Shown here: positions 1-13,700 of the stretch, one piece after another
How positions within the stretch are numbered: position 1 is the first letter of the stretch
Layout: every line of letters starts with the position of its first letter
Source of the DNA: Octopus sinensis
Lineage: Eukaryota
Assembly: GCF_006345805.1 (NCBI RefSeq)
Contig: NC_042997.1
Location: forward strand, 158,224,001-158,288,000
DNA: 64,000 nt
Direction of reading: 5' to 3'
Position numbers and translations under genes: made by a program
Notes under the pieces: model-generated
What the model was told of the DNA's origin: nothing
Databases searched by the model: none
The model's input: only the letters and a program-made list of their open reading frames with translations

Positions 1-1609
1 CAAATACCTTTTCTGTTGACCCGCCGATTAACTCCAGTAAGTTAAAACACTCTACAGCTTAATTTCTATCATTTTGTAACTTTTGTATTATTATCTACAC
101 GAGTAAATTTTGCTGCCCACACATGATTTCTGTTCTATCGTATGTATGACCTTCCAGAAAAGCTATGTATTTTTCATATATTGTTTTGTTAATATGTTGA
201 TTTCTCACTTCGATTCATCGGTTGCAAGCAATTATGCTTGCCATCTCACTGCTTTCTCTGTTAAGCTTGTTCAATTCCATCTTTCTGATTTATATTGCCC
301 TCACTTATTTCTTATAGCTTACTTTAATGTACTACAACAGTCGTACAAAATAAGAGCTGGAATATACATATCTTCAACATTCAATTTGGGTAAATTTTAG
401 AGTGAAAAACTTCAGTAAAATATTGTTTGAACGATTGAAGATGTCAATTTTGTGGGGAGAAATATCAGATTTTCAACAGTCTATGTTTTTTTTCAAATGC
501 AGTAAAAATCTTCTTTGTTCTTCCTGTGGAATCATATTCTGAGCGTTGAAGTGTTACATGCACAATATTATGGGACAATTGGCTCCGACATATTTTCAAG
601 TGGTGTATGCAAACGTAGTTCTAAGCGACGAATTTCTCCTGGTTATCAATTATTGGACTTTGGGAAAATTTAGTGAGACTCTTCTACCATAAGCCTCTGT
701 TTGAACTTCTTTGATGTCTCATAAGCATAAAATATGATATTACAATCATCACTTTTCGCAATATTTTTGATGTACGACATTGTATTTTTATCTTAATTGC
801 ATCAATAGTTAGCTTAAACAATTAATTTTATAACCGTTTGATTTTCGGGTAAACGCATAAGCTCTCAACCTGCACCATGCCCATACTTACAGATTTTTGT
901 CTTTACTTTTATGAATATGTATTACTATTATTTAATGCTGTTCTGTTTATTCTTTTCGTACTCATTTGGATATTATGTGGACTATGCAGAATTCACCCTA
1001 CGCCTAACTTCACGTTTATGATATCGGCCATTTGCAAGCCACCACAACAACTAAGAAAATACAATTTTGTATTTTTAGCTGAATTAAAATGAATCGCCGT
1101 ATGATGGGGAAATGCAAAAATATTATTTGTTTATTTAGTAGCATAATGTGATAACAATGCCTATTTATTTTTAGCAGTGATGCAACACAGCTTAGGTCAC
1201 TTAATATATCAAGCTGCAGACATTTTCTCATTTTTTTAAAATTGACATTTATAAACAAATTCTTACCTCTTTGTTGTAGTTACAGTACATATTGAATTGA
1301 TCCTAAGATTTTCAAAATATTACATTCAACACAATTGAATGTTTTCATCTATTACCTAATAAATTCTGATTAAACAAATTAAGAATATGCTGTCAGTGCA
1401 GATCACGCTGTTACATTCATCGAAATACAAAAGATACCTTTCAGGGATATTTCTAAGATAATTGCAGATTGTCAGCAGATGCAAGCCCTCATCACTCTGA
1501 GTATATCAATATTCAGAAGAATGAACATAATCATAGTAGATTTTACCAAGACTTATTTGTAGAATTCCATGAGATAAGTGAATGGAATATTTTGGTATAA
1601 TTTTCGCTC

Positions 1610-1720
1610 CCCGAATTGACAGAATCTTTAGAGCATTGGATATGATACGCCGCGTTCTGAGTTCAAATCCTGCTGTAGTCAACTTTGTATTTCATTCTTT
1701 CGGAGTCAGTAACAAAGTGC
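1610..1720 (+). mobile_element. degenerate SINE fragment (same family as 38946-39445)
   Basis: cgttctgagttcaaatcctgctgtagtcaactttgtatttcattctttcggagtc aligns with gttctgagttcaaattccgctgaggtcgactttgcctttcatc at ~39014. Confidence 0.65.
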
Positions 1721-2799
1721 CACCTCAGAACGATGGATTGGAAGAACTTGCAATAATGTCTGACTGGATACTTGTAGTATTTGGTGTATTGATTGCAGAT
1801 CTCACCATAGCCTACATGGTTGGTAGACAAAATCCGTCTATCGGTTAAACGTCTCCACCAGGCAATTTGGATGCATTAGCCTAGGTTACTGAGTTAAAAA
1901 CATACAGACCAGTAATTCGATTTGAGAAACGTTTCTGAACCCCTCTTCTACTAGTGGACATGATATATAAGTTATTATGTGCATCGCTTTCCTCTTGGTG
2001 AAAGACTTTTAGAAATGACAATCTGAATTTTGAAGTATCGTTCTTCGTTTCGCAGAAAATAAAATGTTGGATAATTATCGCTGTATTGGTTGTGTTCGTA
2101 ATAGATCTTGCCATCTTTTATACTTAATTTTTATGTATTCATTCCAACTTTGAAATAAGAATGAGAAGTGACTTTGAATTTGATTTATTATATTTAAAAA
2201 GAAATCAAATAATTACTTATATACATAAAAAAAAGTTCATCTTCTTCATAGCTTTCTGGTCTGATCAGTCAAGTTTGATCTGAAGATAACAACAACAACA
2301 ACAACAACAAGAAAAGCAGCAAAAATAACAACAACTATATCTGCAACCACAACAAATTATCTAGTCATCGGAAATAGCCGCAGCATTAATAGTTTCATAA
2401 ACACAGGCACTCCCTCTCATACTATCGATGATAAATGCAGAAGAACAACGACTGTCAGATTTGGACTACGTCTACTTCAGCTATCAACGCAATTGAAATC
2501 ATTACAATTTAAAGAAGTTAAAAATAGACAAAAAAAAATGTATGAAATCTTCCACGTGTACATCTAGTCACATTGCATTCTATAAGAAATTATCCAATGT
2601 CAGATGCGCATTTGATATATTTAGAAAAATAGATCTGTAGATTGAACTTAAGGCCGTTCTGCAGTCTGACTAGGTGTGATAGGTCAGCTAGGTCAGAACT
2701 GACCGGTGGCTGGGTAGCAACAATTTGCTTAATCACTCAAACTCTAAATTGTAAATGTTGTCTATTCAGTATGTGACTAATCACTAAAATGCTTTATTG

Positions 2800-2894
2800 C
2801 AGCGTTTCTCTCTATGTGTGTGTGTATGTACGCATATATATATGTGTGTGTGTGTGTGTACATACAGACATACGTATATATATATATATATATA

Positions 2895-2944
<50 letters not shown>

Positions 2945-3087
2945 TATATACATACATACATAATATATACATATATACACACATACATACACAAATATAA
3001 ATACATGTATATATATAAATGTACATGTGTGTATATATATTATATATAATATATATGTATATATATATTATATGTATGCATATTATA

Positions 3088-3129
<42 letters not shown>

Positions 3130-3226
3130 TAGTTTATGGATATATTTATAGATACTAATATATATATATATATATACATATATGTGTGTGTGTTAATATA
3201 TATAGGTATATATGTATATATATATA

Positions 3227-3269
<43 letters not shown>

Positions 3270-3410
3270 TCTACACTCGTGCACTCAGACACGCAGTCAC
3301 ACACACATACATAGAGAGACAAATACATATATGTACATCTGCATATGTATGTATATTTAGATAAATATAGATAATAATAGATGTATGCATGTGTGTGTGT
3401 GTGGGTGCAT
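2800..3410. repeat. compound (AT)n/(AC)n/(GT)n microsatellite field
   Basis: direct; source of the spurious YIYI/HTHT ORFs. Confidence 0.95.
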
Positions 3411-3699
3411 ATGAGTAATGCTGTGCCTTAAGTTCAAGAAGTCAAACTTTAGATGGAATTAGTCTTTGATTGTGTCTGCAGCAAGTTTAATGCTTACGTC
3501 ATGCCTCTGTGAATGTACCAAGATCATTCTCACTTGCTCTCTCACACACTCTCTCTCTCTTCTTACTATACGCAGATGCGCGCACTCGCATTAATTTTTC
3601 CACTCACATGTACACATACATGCGTACATACAAACATACATACATACATACATACATACGTACATACATATATACATTCATACGTGCATACATTCTGGG

Positions 3700-3850
3700 G
3701 TAGCGTATGGCAGAATTTTAGCCGAAAGGATCGACCCAGTACTTATTCTTTAAAGCCTCGCACTTATATCACCCCATCTAACTTTTGAATTACAGGGACG
3801 TAAACACACCAGCACTGGATGTTAAATTGTGGTGAGAGACAAATACAGAA
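3700..3850 (-). mobile_element. partial SINE (family of 42606-42972)
   Basis: gatcgacccagtacttattctttaaagcct...gggacgtaaacacacc is the reverse complement of that family's 3' half. Confidence 0.65.
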
Positions 3851-3889
3851 GCAGAGACGCTCACACGCATGCATACACTTACACATACG

Positions 3890-4000
3890 ACGGACCTCTT
3901 TGTACATACATATATATACACATATATACATGCATACTTCCATACATACATATATATACATACATACATACATATATACATACACACACACACATATATA

Positions 4001-4060
<60 letters not shown>

Positions 4061-4072
4061 TATATATATATA
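3890..4072. repeat. (CATA)n/(AT)n microsatellite
   Basis: direct. Confidence 0.95.
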
Positions 4073-4622
4073 GTTAAGTAATTGAGATTCTAGTGAATTC
4101 TAAAGAATTCACATGAATATGGTCCTTAACTAGGATGCACCGGATATCTATATGGTGTTAGCCATACGACAAGTGGGGTGATTATAAATAGGAAAACAGC
4201 AACAAGAATGGATTAAAATCTCGGTACGATCGTTTCGTACGAGGACATCTATAATAAGCTACAAAAAATGCAGTGAATACAGATGGCTCGTACTCGTCAG
4301 CCGAAAAAATATCAGAGAATTCCCAAACATCAAAAGGGGTAGATATAAAAGAGGTTGTAGGATTAACTGCATTGAAGAAAGTTCGATTCATGGAGATCTG
4401 ATGCTAAATATTCCGTCGAACTTCTTATTAGTAATCCTTCGTTTCGTATTCTTTCTATGTTTGATATCGAAGTGGTATGTTCTCCATCTAATCCTTCTAA
4501 TGAAATCGTTTATCCTGTGAATGAGTAGCCAATAATACTCATCTTTACTATGGAGGGGGATGTCTTTAGGGGAAAACTCGAAGTTTATTATACATATACC
4601 CATACATATACACACACACACA

Positions 4623-4677
<55 letters not shown>

Positions 4678-4700
4678 TATATATACACACACATATATAT

Positions 4701-4948
4701 ATTCTTTTATTTGTTTCAGTCATTTGACTGCAGCCATGTTGGAATACCGCTTCTAGTCGAACTAATCGACCCCAAGACTTATTCTATGTAAGCGTAGTAC
4801 CTATTCTATCGATCATTTTTGCCGAACAGCTAAATAACGGGGATGTAAACACACAAATATCGGCTGTCAAGTGATGGGGGTGCGGATAAACACAGACACA
4901 AAAACATACACACACATACACATATATGACCAGATCCTTTCAGTTTCC
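4701..4948 (-). mobile_element. SINE, 3' two-thirds (family of 42606-42972)
   Basis: tttgtttcagtcatttgactgcagccatgttgg...tcctttcagtttccc is the reverse complement of the family tail (ccagcatggtcgcagtcaaatgactgaaacaag) and of ggaaactggaagaagccc. Confidence 0.85.
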
Positions 4949-5600
4949 CTGAAATATATATATATATATAATGTGTGTGTGTGTGTGTGTAAACATGTGA
5001 CTATGTCTGTATGTGCGCACGTTTGTGGATGTGCGTGCGCGTGTGTACGTTTCCTAGCTAACTAACGGTAAAATATCTATTGTAATTCAAATTTAAAAGT
5101 ATAGGCCAATCGAATGCATCTGTGGAAATTAATACCATGCAAACAAGAATTTGACTGATTGCATATACATGCAGATATCTATTTGCCTTGAATAATACTA
5201 TGGTGGTATTTATTGGTCTTCAGTGTTGCTACTATGTTGTTAATTGTGAGATATATGTATTGTTTTATTAGTAATGATGTTGTTAGTAGTAAGAATATTG
5301 ATATTGATAACATTATTGTTATTGATAACGGTATTGGTATTAGCATTATTGACTTTTTGTAAAGTAACACAAATTAATATAATGAAATGTTTACTATATA
5401 TGTCTGCATTAAGTATGAATATATTGGTTGAGGAACTGTAACATTCAATATAGAACATTATTATGTTTATTGATATATATTGATTTATATTATTTATATT
5501 ATTATGTATGTGTATATGTGTATATATATAAGGATATGAGTATATATGCACTCATATTTATATTTATATGTAAATGATTTTTGGGTATGTACTCATACTT

Positions 5601-5730
5601 ACATTAGAATCTCCGAAGAGGCCGTAAGATATTTTTGTTAATGTCTCATTTATACCTGCAATATATGGCTAATATAGGTTAAATGAGACATACCTATCTA
5701 CATGGCCGAAACAGCTGTCAGTTATAATGT
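5601..5730 (+). ncRNA. type I hammerhead ribozyme-like motif (U4C core variant) with extended stem II
   Basis: CCGAAGA 5613-19; stem II GGCC 5620-23/GGCC 5704-07; GAAA 5708-11; palindromic CAGCTG; UC cleavage site at 5718-19; stem I ACATTA..CT / AG..TAATGT. Confidence 0.65.
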
Positions 5731-5911
5731 ATATGTATTTTTATATCTTGTTATTTTATTTAGTTATATCTCATTATATTGATTGTAATTATTGTACTGT
5801 ATTAATGTCTAATCTTAATGCTCTTGTGTAGTGTTTTAATAAAGTATATGATTCGGTATTATCTGATAGTTGATGAATGATTTAGATATATTTCTCCATT
5901 TTCTTATTTTG

Positions 5912-5965
<54 letters not shown>

Positions 5966-6000
5966 TATATATGCATATATATGCATATGTGTACGCATCC

Positions 6001-6800
6001 ACGAGATGCTTTTTAAAAGCACCCGACATTATTTTTGCCGCCAAAACTAATGCCAAATGGGATAAATATGTTAGGTTGGAAGTAGTACCATGCTTCCTGC
6101 GCCAGGCCGCCTTACTAATTCTGCGCTGGTAGGCCTCCTCAGTTCCCGACTCTTACGTATAAAGTACAGACATGTGAACGCTTGTCAGCTTCTCCTTTTC
6201 ACGCAAGATGTCCGAAGCGCATCGAGTAGAGATATTGCATCAAGATTTGCATATGTTATTTAAGATCTAACGAGCGAGAAGATTCGGCAGGCCTCTGGCA
6301 ATGGCCTCAAGGGAAAATATCTTAGGTCAAGGAGTGGTACAACCGCTTCACACATAGCCGTAACTCAGTGGAGAACGAGGCATGCTCAAGCAGGCAACTC
6401 ACAGATGGAAAGGAGGAGCTGATTCAGAAGGTTTGGCGAACAATCATAGAAGACAGTCGTGTAACAATCCAGGAAATTGCCCACGAATTGGGAACAAACA
6501 TAGTATCTTTGTATTCCTTTTTAACGAAGAATTGCGGGGAGTGTCGGTGACATTAGTCCCAATGGTACTGGCGGAGCAGCAGAAGCAACTGCGCATGAAA
6601 ATCACTCAGGACATGCTGCCCTGTGCAAACTGGTGATGGGACATGGATTTGTAGTTCGACTCAGAAACCAATTTCCAGTCCTCCAAATGGAAACATCCGT
6701 TGTCACCAAGGGCCAAAAATTCACGACAGGTCGGTAGCAATGTAAAGGTAATGCTGACTCCCTTCGTTGGCTCCCGTGGTATTGTGAACTAGTTTCTGTC
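6001..6800 (+). mobile_element. decayed, 3'-truncated mariner (DD34D-type) transposase fossil
   Basis: across frameshifts: IIEDSRVTIQEIAHELG (HTH), TLVPMVLAEQQKQLR (WVPHEL-like), TGDGTWI, FDSETNFQSSKWKHPLSPRAKNSRQ, KVMLTPF..SRGIV; left boundary approximate. Confidence 0.8.
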
Positions 6801-8107
6801 ATAAACCATACTCTCATCGCCAACGGGTGGGGATGCATTCTGAACTTTTGTATCTACAGACATTCAGCGATATATGGGCTCCTAGCAGCTGCTAAAAAAA
6901 AATGACTTCTAGATGTGTTTAGTATGAATATAAATCACTAGTCGAAAACATTAAAATATTCGAAGTATGCATTATTGCATGTTAAATATATATTAAAGCA
7001 AACGTATTATAAGATAGCAATTGGATAATTTTTAATGAAATGAGATTATTAAGGCAAAGAGAGAAAAGTGAACGAGGGTTGATAGAAGAATTAATCTCAG
7101 TGCACGACTGTATTGACCGCATGAAATTTCACAAAGTAGCAGCATCATCGCTGAAAACACAACTCCAGGTCTCGTACTCCTCGACCTTTCAATTTTCATA
7201 ATCTAACGAGAAAAAAAAGAAGAACCCTATAAAATGTGATTTGCAAAGCTAGAACTGGCAACTAAATCTCTGCCCAACTACATTAAAATGTTATATTTAA
7301 ATAATAAGGTTGAAAAATTGAATATTAATTTGATTAATATTAATTTAAAACCAATGTCCTAGCATAATCTTCAGATTAAAATGTTACAGGGAAAAATTAA
7401 ACCAAAGTATTATGTTCGTTTTCAGATAAACTTGTTTATATTTCTGCTTATTTAAAACTGAATTAAAGCTAAACAAATGTAAAAGCGCTGGTCCAGCGTT
7501 AGGTGTATGTTACAGTTATTGCTGAAAACACGACAGAATGATCTTCTGTCTCTCAGCAAGTCCGCTTTAATTAAAAATGTATACGACAGAAAATTATACG
7601 TTTTTATAACTTACCCACATTTTGATGGATTAAGTTACGTTAACACACATTTGCATAAAAAAGCGCTGCAGTTCGATTCTTGTATACCATCTTTGGTATT
7701 TTGCTCTAACAGATGGTACTCACATTGCCAACACTCATTATATAAGCAGCTGTTTCTTCATTCAGGTTTTATGAGCTGACGATGTGGATATTAGATCGGG
7801 ATTTATTATTTCACCAATATCAGCAATTGGTCTGCGGCAACACAGGAGCACAACCACGGAAACATGACTTGTAAATGAGAAAAGGATACAATTGCTTCCA
7901 CAGCTGTTTCTATTGAACGTCACGCAGTCCAATACTATGCTTTCTGTTGAGAAACTCTTGCTTAGAAAAATCTCCTACTGTGGTACTTTTCCAACCATAC
8001 CAACTGAGAATTTTTTAATTATTTATTCCATTTACATACTTCAATGTAATTAAAATAAGAGAAATATTGTTCAATTGATACAAATACTACTTTATTTAAA
8101 CTTATAT

Positions 8108-8108
<1 letters not shown>

Positions 8109-8138
<30 letters not shown>

Positions 8139-8142
8139 GATA

Positions 8143-8195
<53 letters not shown>

Positions 8196-8220
8196 AACGA
8201 CGATGACGACGATGATGATA
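8109..8220. repeat. (CTA)n followed by (GAT)n trinucleotide repeat
   Basis: direct; source of the poly-M and poly-I/S ORFs. Confidence 0.95.
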
Positions 8221-8604
8221 ATAAATGCCCTGAAGCAATACCAAGCAGTGGCTTTTGTATTATCATGCATGTTCTTTTGTCTGTCTTGGTATAAAAAATG
8301 GGCTACAATAAAATTCCGCTCAAAATCACGAATCTGCTTGTCAGTTGCTTGAGTGTAACCAGTTGAGCATGACCCTTAGTGGCTGACGATATGTGCATCT
8401 CTGATCACGAGCATGTGTAGAGAGGAATCCTTTGAGGTTTGAATAATTCACTTCTGGAAACATGTTTTGTTCATCATCCTTGAAATAACCCTTATTCAGA
8501 GACTTTTCGGCGGGATGGGCTACTCGAAATCAATATCAATGCAAAATGAGTTTGAACAAAAAAAAGGTGGGAACAAAAACCTCTGCATGGCAAATATGAC
8601 GCCC

Positions 8605-9600
8605 GTAGAAAACAAGCTGATGTAAACCAGAAGCAAAGCAATCAGTGGTTACGGAGCTCAGGGCTAAAGGCAATTGAGTGAAGGCTCTATCTTGGCTACC
8701 CAAGATCAGAGATTATTGACCCGGATCTATGAAGCCAATGTTATGAAAAATAGTAGACCCAAAGTGCAACGATGGGATAGAAACATTGTACCACCCAATC
8801 TCTGGATGTAAAGTTTTAGTACCTATAGAGTACAAATCATGACATGACAGATTAGCTAATATTTACATTGAGTTATGTGTCGGCATTATAAAATCAAAAC
8901 TGCTGACAAATGGTACAAACACCACCTTGAGGCTGTAACTGAGGGCGAAAATGTTACTATTCTTTGGGACTTCACAGTATGTACAGCCGGATTATCAATG
9001 CAAATAAACAGATAGTGTTGTGAAAGACCAAAACAATTAAGTCTGTTTATTGGTTGACATGAGCATAACCGGTGACCATAGTATATCGGCAAAAGACTTT
9101 TAATAGTTCAGAAAATATAAAGATTTCCTAATCGAAATCGTATAGATGTGAAAGCTCAAGATGGTTACAATACCAGTGATTGTAGCAGCGCTTGGAATGA
9201 TAAAAAAAGGAACTGAAAATTATTTAAGAATGATCCCTGGCTTACCATCCCCGCAGGCAATGAAAAAGATTGTCTTAACAGGTACGTCATATGTGTTGAG
9301 AAGAGCATTGTCGTTGTGAATTTTCTGTCCTCCCCGCATGCATTTTATTTCCTTAAATCCTTAAAAATGTTTTAGCCCGAAGGCCGCAGCCATGCTGGGG
9401 CACCACCGCTGTTTACTTTTTAATTTTTTTAATATTTTCTTTTTTCTCTCTGTCTTCTATTTCTCTATCACATGATTTAGTAAATGAACCATCTGGTGTG
9501 TTTATTTTAATTGCCAACCAATGTATACATTACATTTCTCTGCCCTATGTGACAGACACTCGGCGAGAAATGAAAACAGAATTGAAAAAAAAATGTTAAT
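8605..9600 (+). mobile_element. 5'-truncated, decayed R4/Dong-like copy (family A): RLE region plus 3' UTR
   Basis: collinear with 13670-14570 (e.g. ctgaggctgtaactgagggcgaaaatgttactattctttggga; gaatgatccctggcttaccatccc); same 3' motif gacactcggc..gaaatg. Confidence 0.9.
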
Positions 9601-9644
9601 GATAATAACAACAACAACACTGATAATGATGATGATGATGATGG

Positions 9645-10140
<496 letters not shown>

Positions 10141-10720
10141 TATACAAACACTTTTTATTGCAATAACACAAACGCACGTTGAAAAAAAAAAAAATGATGA
10201 TGCTACGATTCTCTCTGGTCGAACACAACTTCTCTATTCACAAACAATACAGTACCGCCCTTCCTTAATTTTTCTTAAGCCTAATAGTAGTAAACACCTG
10301 AACTTTTTTTGACCGATAGGACCGCACCTAAAGGAATAAAAAAAAAAAAAAAAAAAAAGACAGTCAGCCAGCCAACCACCAAGCCAGCCAACCACCAAGC
10401 CAGCCAACGAGACAGACAGACACTACTGTGATGGTGATAATGATAAAAAAATAACAAAAATAACAATAATAAGATACTGCTGTGACTACACATAAAACAA
10501 TATCATTGATGATGATGGTGGTGATGGTGATGGTGATGATGATAATGATGATGGTAATGGTGGTGATAATGATGATAGTGATGGTAATGGTGATGATAAT
10601 AACAACAATAAGCCGACTACGGCTGCTATAATGGTACGATTATAATTGTAACGGCAATGATGGCCGTCTCCCCACGAGCCAATCAAAGCTAAAAAATGAT
10701 AACATTATCGTAGCACCAAA

Positions 10721-13700
10721 ATGTTTTTGGAAACTAAAAGGAAAACTAAATCAGTATACCAAATCGCTTGTCCTATGGTTAATCTGGAAGCGCGTCCCCC
10801 AGGGAAGAGCCAGCCTGGGATCGAAAAGTCATCAACTGGCACAAACTCTTCTCCGAATACGGACATGGATGGTCACTTGAACGGGAAATCCCCCAACTCG
10901 AGCCCTCCAAGTTCACCACCACAACCACCACAGAAAGAAAAATGTAAGCGGAACAAATGGACCCGAGAAGAGTATAAAGAAGTAATATACGCTTATTACT
11001 ATGCATTAGGTAGGCCATCTCAAGAGAGACACACCGCAAACTCTTACAGTATATGGAGAACACGGAATCAAGACAGTAGGCCCTATTTGGACGAGAACAA
11101 ATTAGCAAATGTGAGGAGGGATATCTTTAGAAATAACAGACTCACAGACAGTGAAATAAGCGCGATCAAGCACGCAACGGAAAATGACATAAATATAAGA
11201 CACAAAGGAAATGAAGAATCAGATGAACAGTATAGCCCGCCACGAGGCTTAATTGAAAGACTGCCATCTGACCAAAGTACGCAAAGGCCTGAAGATACAA
11301 GAAATTCTATTGTACCTGTTAAAGATAGCCAGGAAAACGAAAAAACAGATAGCCAGGAAAACGAAAAAACAACAGTAACTGAAGATCTCGCAGTTGCTGA
11401 AGAACACAGAGAGTCTATAGCAGAAATGAGGCAGAAAATCCTGAATACGCTTGAAGTTGTAAGACATACAAGTATGAATGATAGAGAACCGCTTCATAAA
11501 CTCTCAAATACAAACCAACTATGTAACAAATGAAATAATACGAGAATTAAAACCTGATTTTACTGAGTTAAATGAAATTATTTACGCTTCTGCTAGGGCA
11601 ATTGAAACCAGCTGTATGCCCCCGAAAAAACAAAGAAAACAAAACCTGGGAAGAAATCAAACCTGGAGAAGTAAAATTGAAAAAGAGATTGAATTTATGA
11701 GAGGGGAAATATCAATATTAAATGAACTAATATGTGGAAATGATGTAAGATCCAGAACAGGAAGAAAGATGAAGAGAAAATTTGGATCCTCACCAAGAGA
11801 AGAACTGATATCAATAAAAGAAACGCTGAAACAAAAAGTCCAAGCAAAAGCCCAAAGAATACGAAGATTTGAGAAGAGAAACAAGTTTTACAAGCAAAAT
11901 AAGCTGTTCACATCCAATGCCAAAAAATTCTACAGAGAAATAGGGAAGGAGAAAGTAACCGTTAAAGACCCCCCTCCCATGGAAGAAGTTCAAAACTTTT
12001 GGAAAAGGATTTGGAGTGACAAGAAGACGTACAACATAAATGCAGACTGGATTATACAAACTGAAGGATCCTACCAAAATTACAACAACAAGCATGGGAA
12101 GACATCACAATAGCAGACCTAAGAAAGGCACTCACGAAGGCCCATAATTGGAAATCCCCCGGTAAAGATAGGGTGCCGAATTTCTGGCTCGCATCGCTCC
12201 CGTGCGCACCCGGTAAGCTAGTTCAGCTGCTCAATGGAATTATGAGAGACCCAAAGAAAACACCTGAATGGTTAGCAAGTGGCATTACTTACCTACTCCC
12301 AAAGAATAACGAAAACAACCTTCCAAAAAACTATCGGCCTATAACCTGTCTATCCACCATGTATAAAATGCTAACATCTATCCTGGCGGAGAAAACATAT
12401 GCATTCATGGAGAAGAACGATATTTTCCCCATTGAACAAAAAGGGTGCCGCCGAGGCTCTTACGGATGCAAAGATCAACTGCTAATCAATCATATGATCC
12501 TTGAGAACTGTCACAACAAGCGCAGAAATCTCAGCACCGCATGGATTGACTATAAAAAGGCCTTCGACAGTATACCGCATCCATGGATCCTGAGATCGCT
12601 GGACATCTTCAAAATTTCCCCTGTGATTTCAAACTTCCTGAAGCACAATATGTCGTTGTGGAATACGAATCTCCAATTATACCACTCTAATGGAGTACTT
12701 GCCTCAGAAAATATAAACATCAACTGTGGAATTTTTCAAGGTGACTCACTTTCACCTTTAATATTCTGTATAGCCCTAATACCCCTTACAAGTGAATTAA
12801 ACAGAACAGGGTATGGGTATAAAATTGCCAATAAAAAATAAGCCATCTATTTTATATGGATGACTTAAAACTTTATGGTAAAGACAATAATGAACTTGAA
12901 GGCCTATTGCGCACCGTGAAATCATTCAGCGATGACATCGGGATGGAGTTTGGACTTGAGAAGTGTGCCAAGGCCACTTTCCAGAAAGGGAAAGTGAAGA
13001 CCACAAATTCAGTCGTGTTAGATGTTGACACAGTCATAAGAGAGCTTGAGCAAGAACAAACATACAAATATTTAGGGATAAATGAAGGCTCTGGTATTCA
13101 GCATGCATGCATGAAAGAGAAAATCAGGAAGGAATGTTATAGGAGAGTTCGTGCAGTCCTGAAATCTGAGCTAAATGCACGTAACAAGGTGTTAGCTATA
13201 AATTCCCTAGCCGTTCCAGTTGTTACTTATAGCTACAATGTGTTGAACTGGAATATGAGTGAAGTAAAGAATATAGATAGAAAAATACGCAAGCTGCTGA
13301 GTTGTAATAGGATGCACCACCCAAAGGCAGACGTAGATCGCCTTTACCTTCCCAGAGCCCAAGGAGGTCGAGGCCTGATCCAATTTGAACTAGCTTACAA
13401 AACAACCACAATTGGACTGGCCAAATATCTCGAAATATCGAATGACTGGATGCTAAAGCTCGTGGAAAATCACGAGAGACGAAAGAAGCTTCATTCTATC
13501 ATCAAGGAAAGCAAAAAGTTGCTATTGATCTCGTGCAGGATACCCAAACTGAACACCCGAGGGAAGTACGGCAACTATTGTTGCAAAGAAGGTGAAAATG
13601 ATGGCAATGAAAAAAGCGCACGAGCAATTGGCTGATAGGTGGGAGGAGAAACCTCTGCACGGAAATATGTGACCCGCAGCAAACAAGCTGATGTTGACCA

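Noticed and set aside
200-720. Possible RTE/LINE RT fossil on the minus strand (ELNKLNRES, MIPQEEQ)
   Set aside because: Motif matches are too weak and fragmented to call
4277-4570. Protein-looking frames (MARTRQPKKYQRIP.., ..FDIEVVCSPSN..)
   Set aside because: Multiple stops, no recognisable motif; the resemblance to histone H3 or Tc1 N-termini covers only a few residues
7830-7890. Minus-strand exon-like segment (acceptor ttttctcatttacaag)
   Set aside because: Weak donor (GTGAAA), no partner exons, and opposite to the better-supported plus-strand candidates
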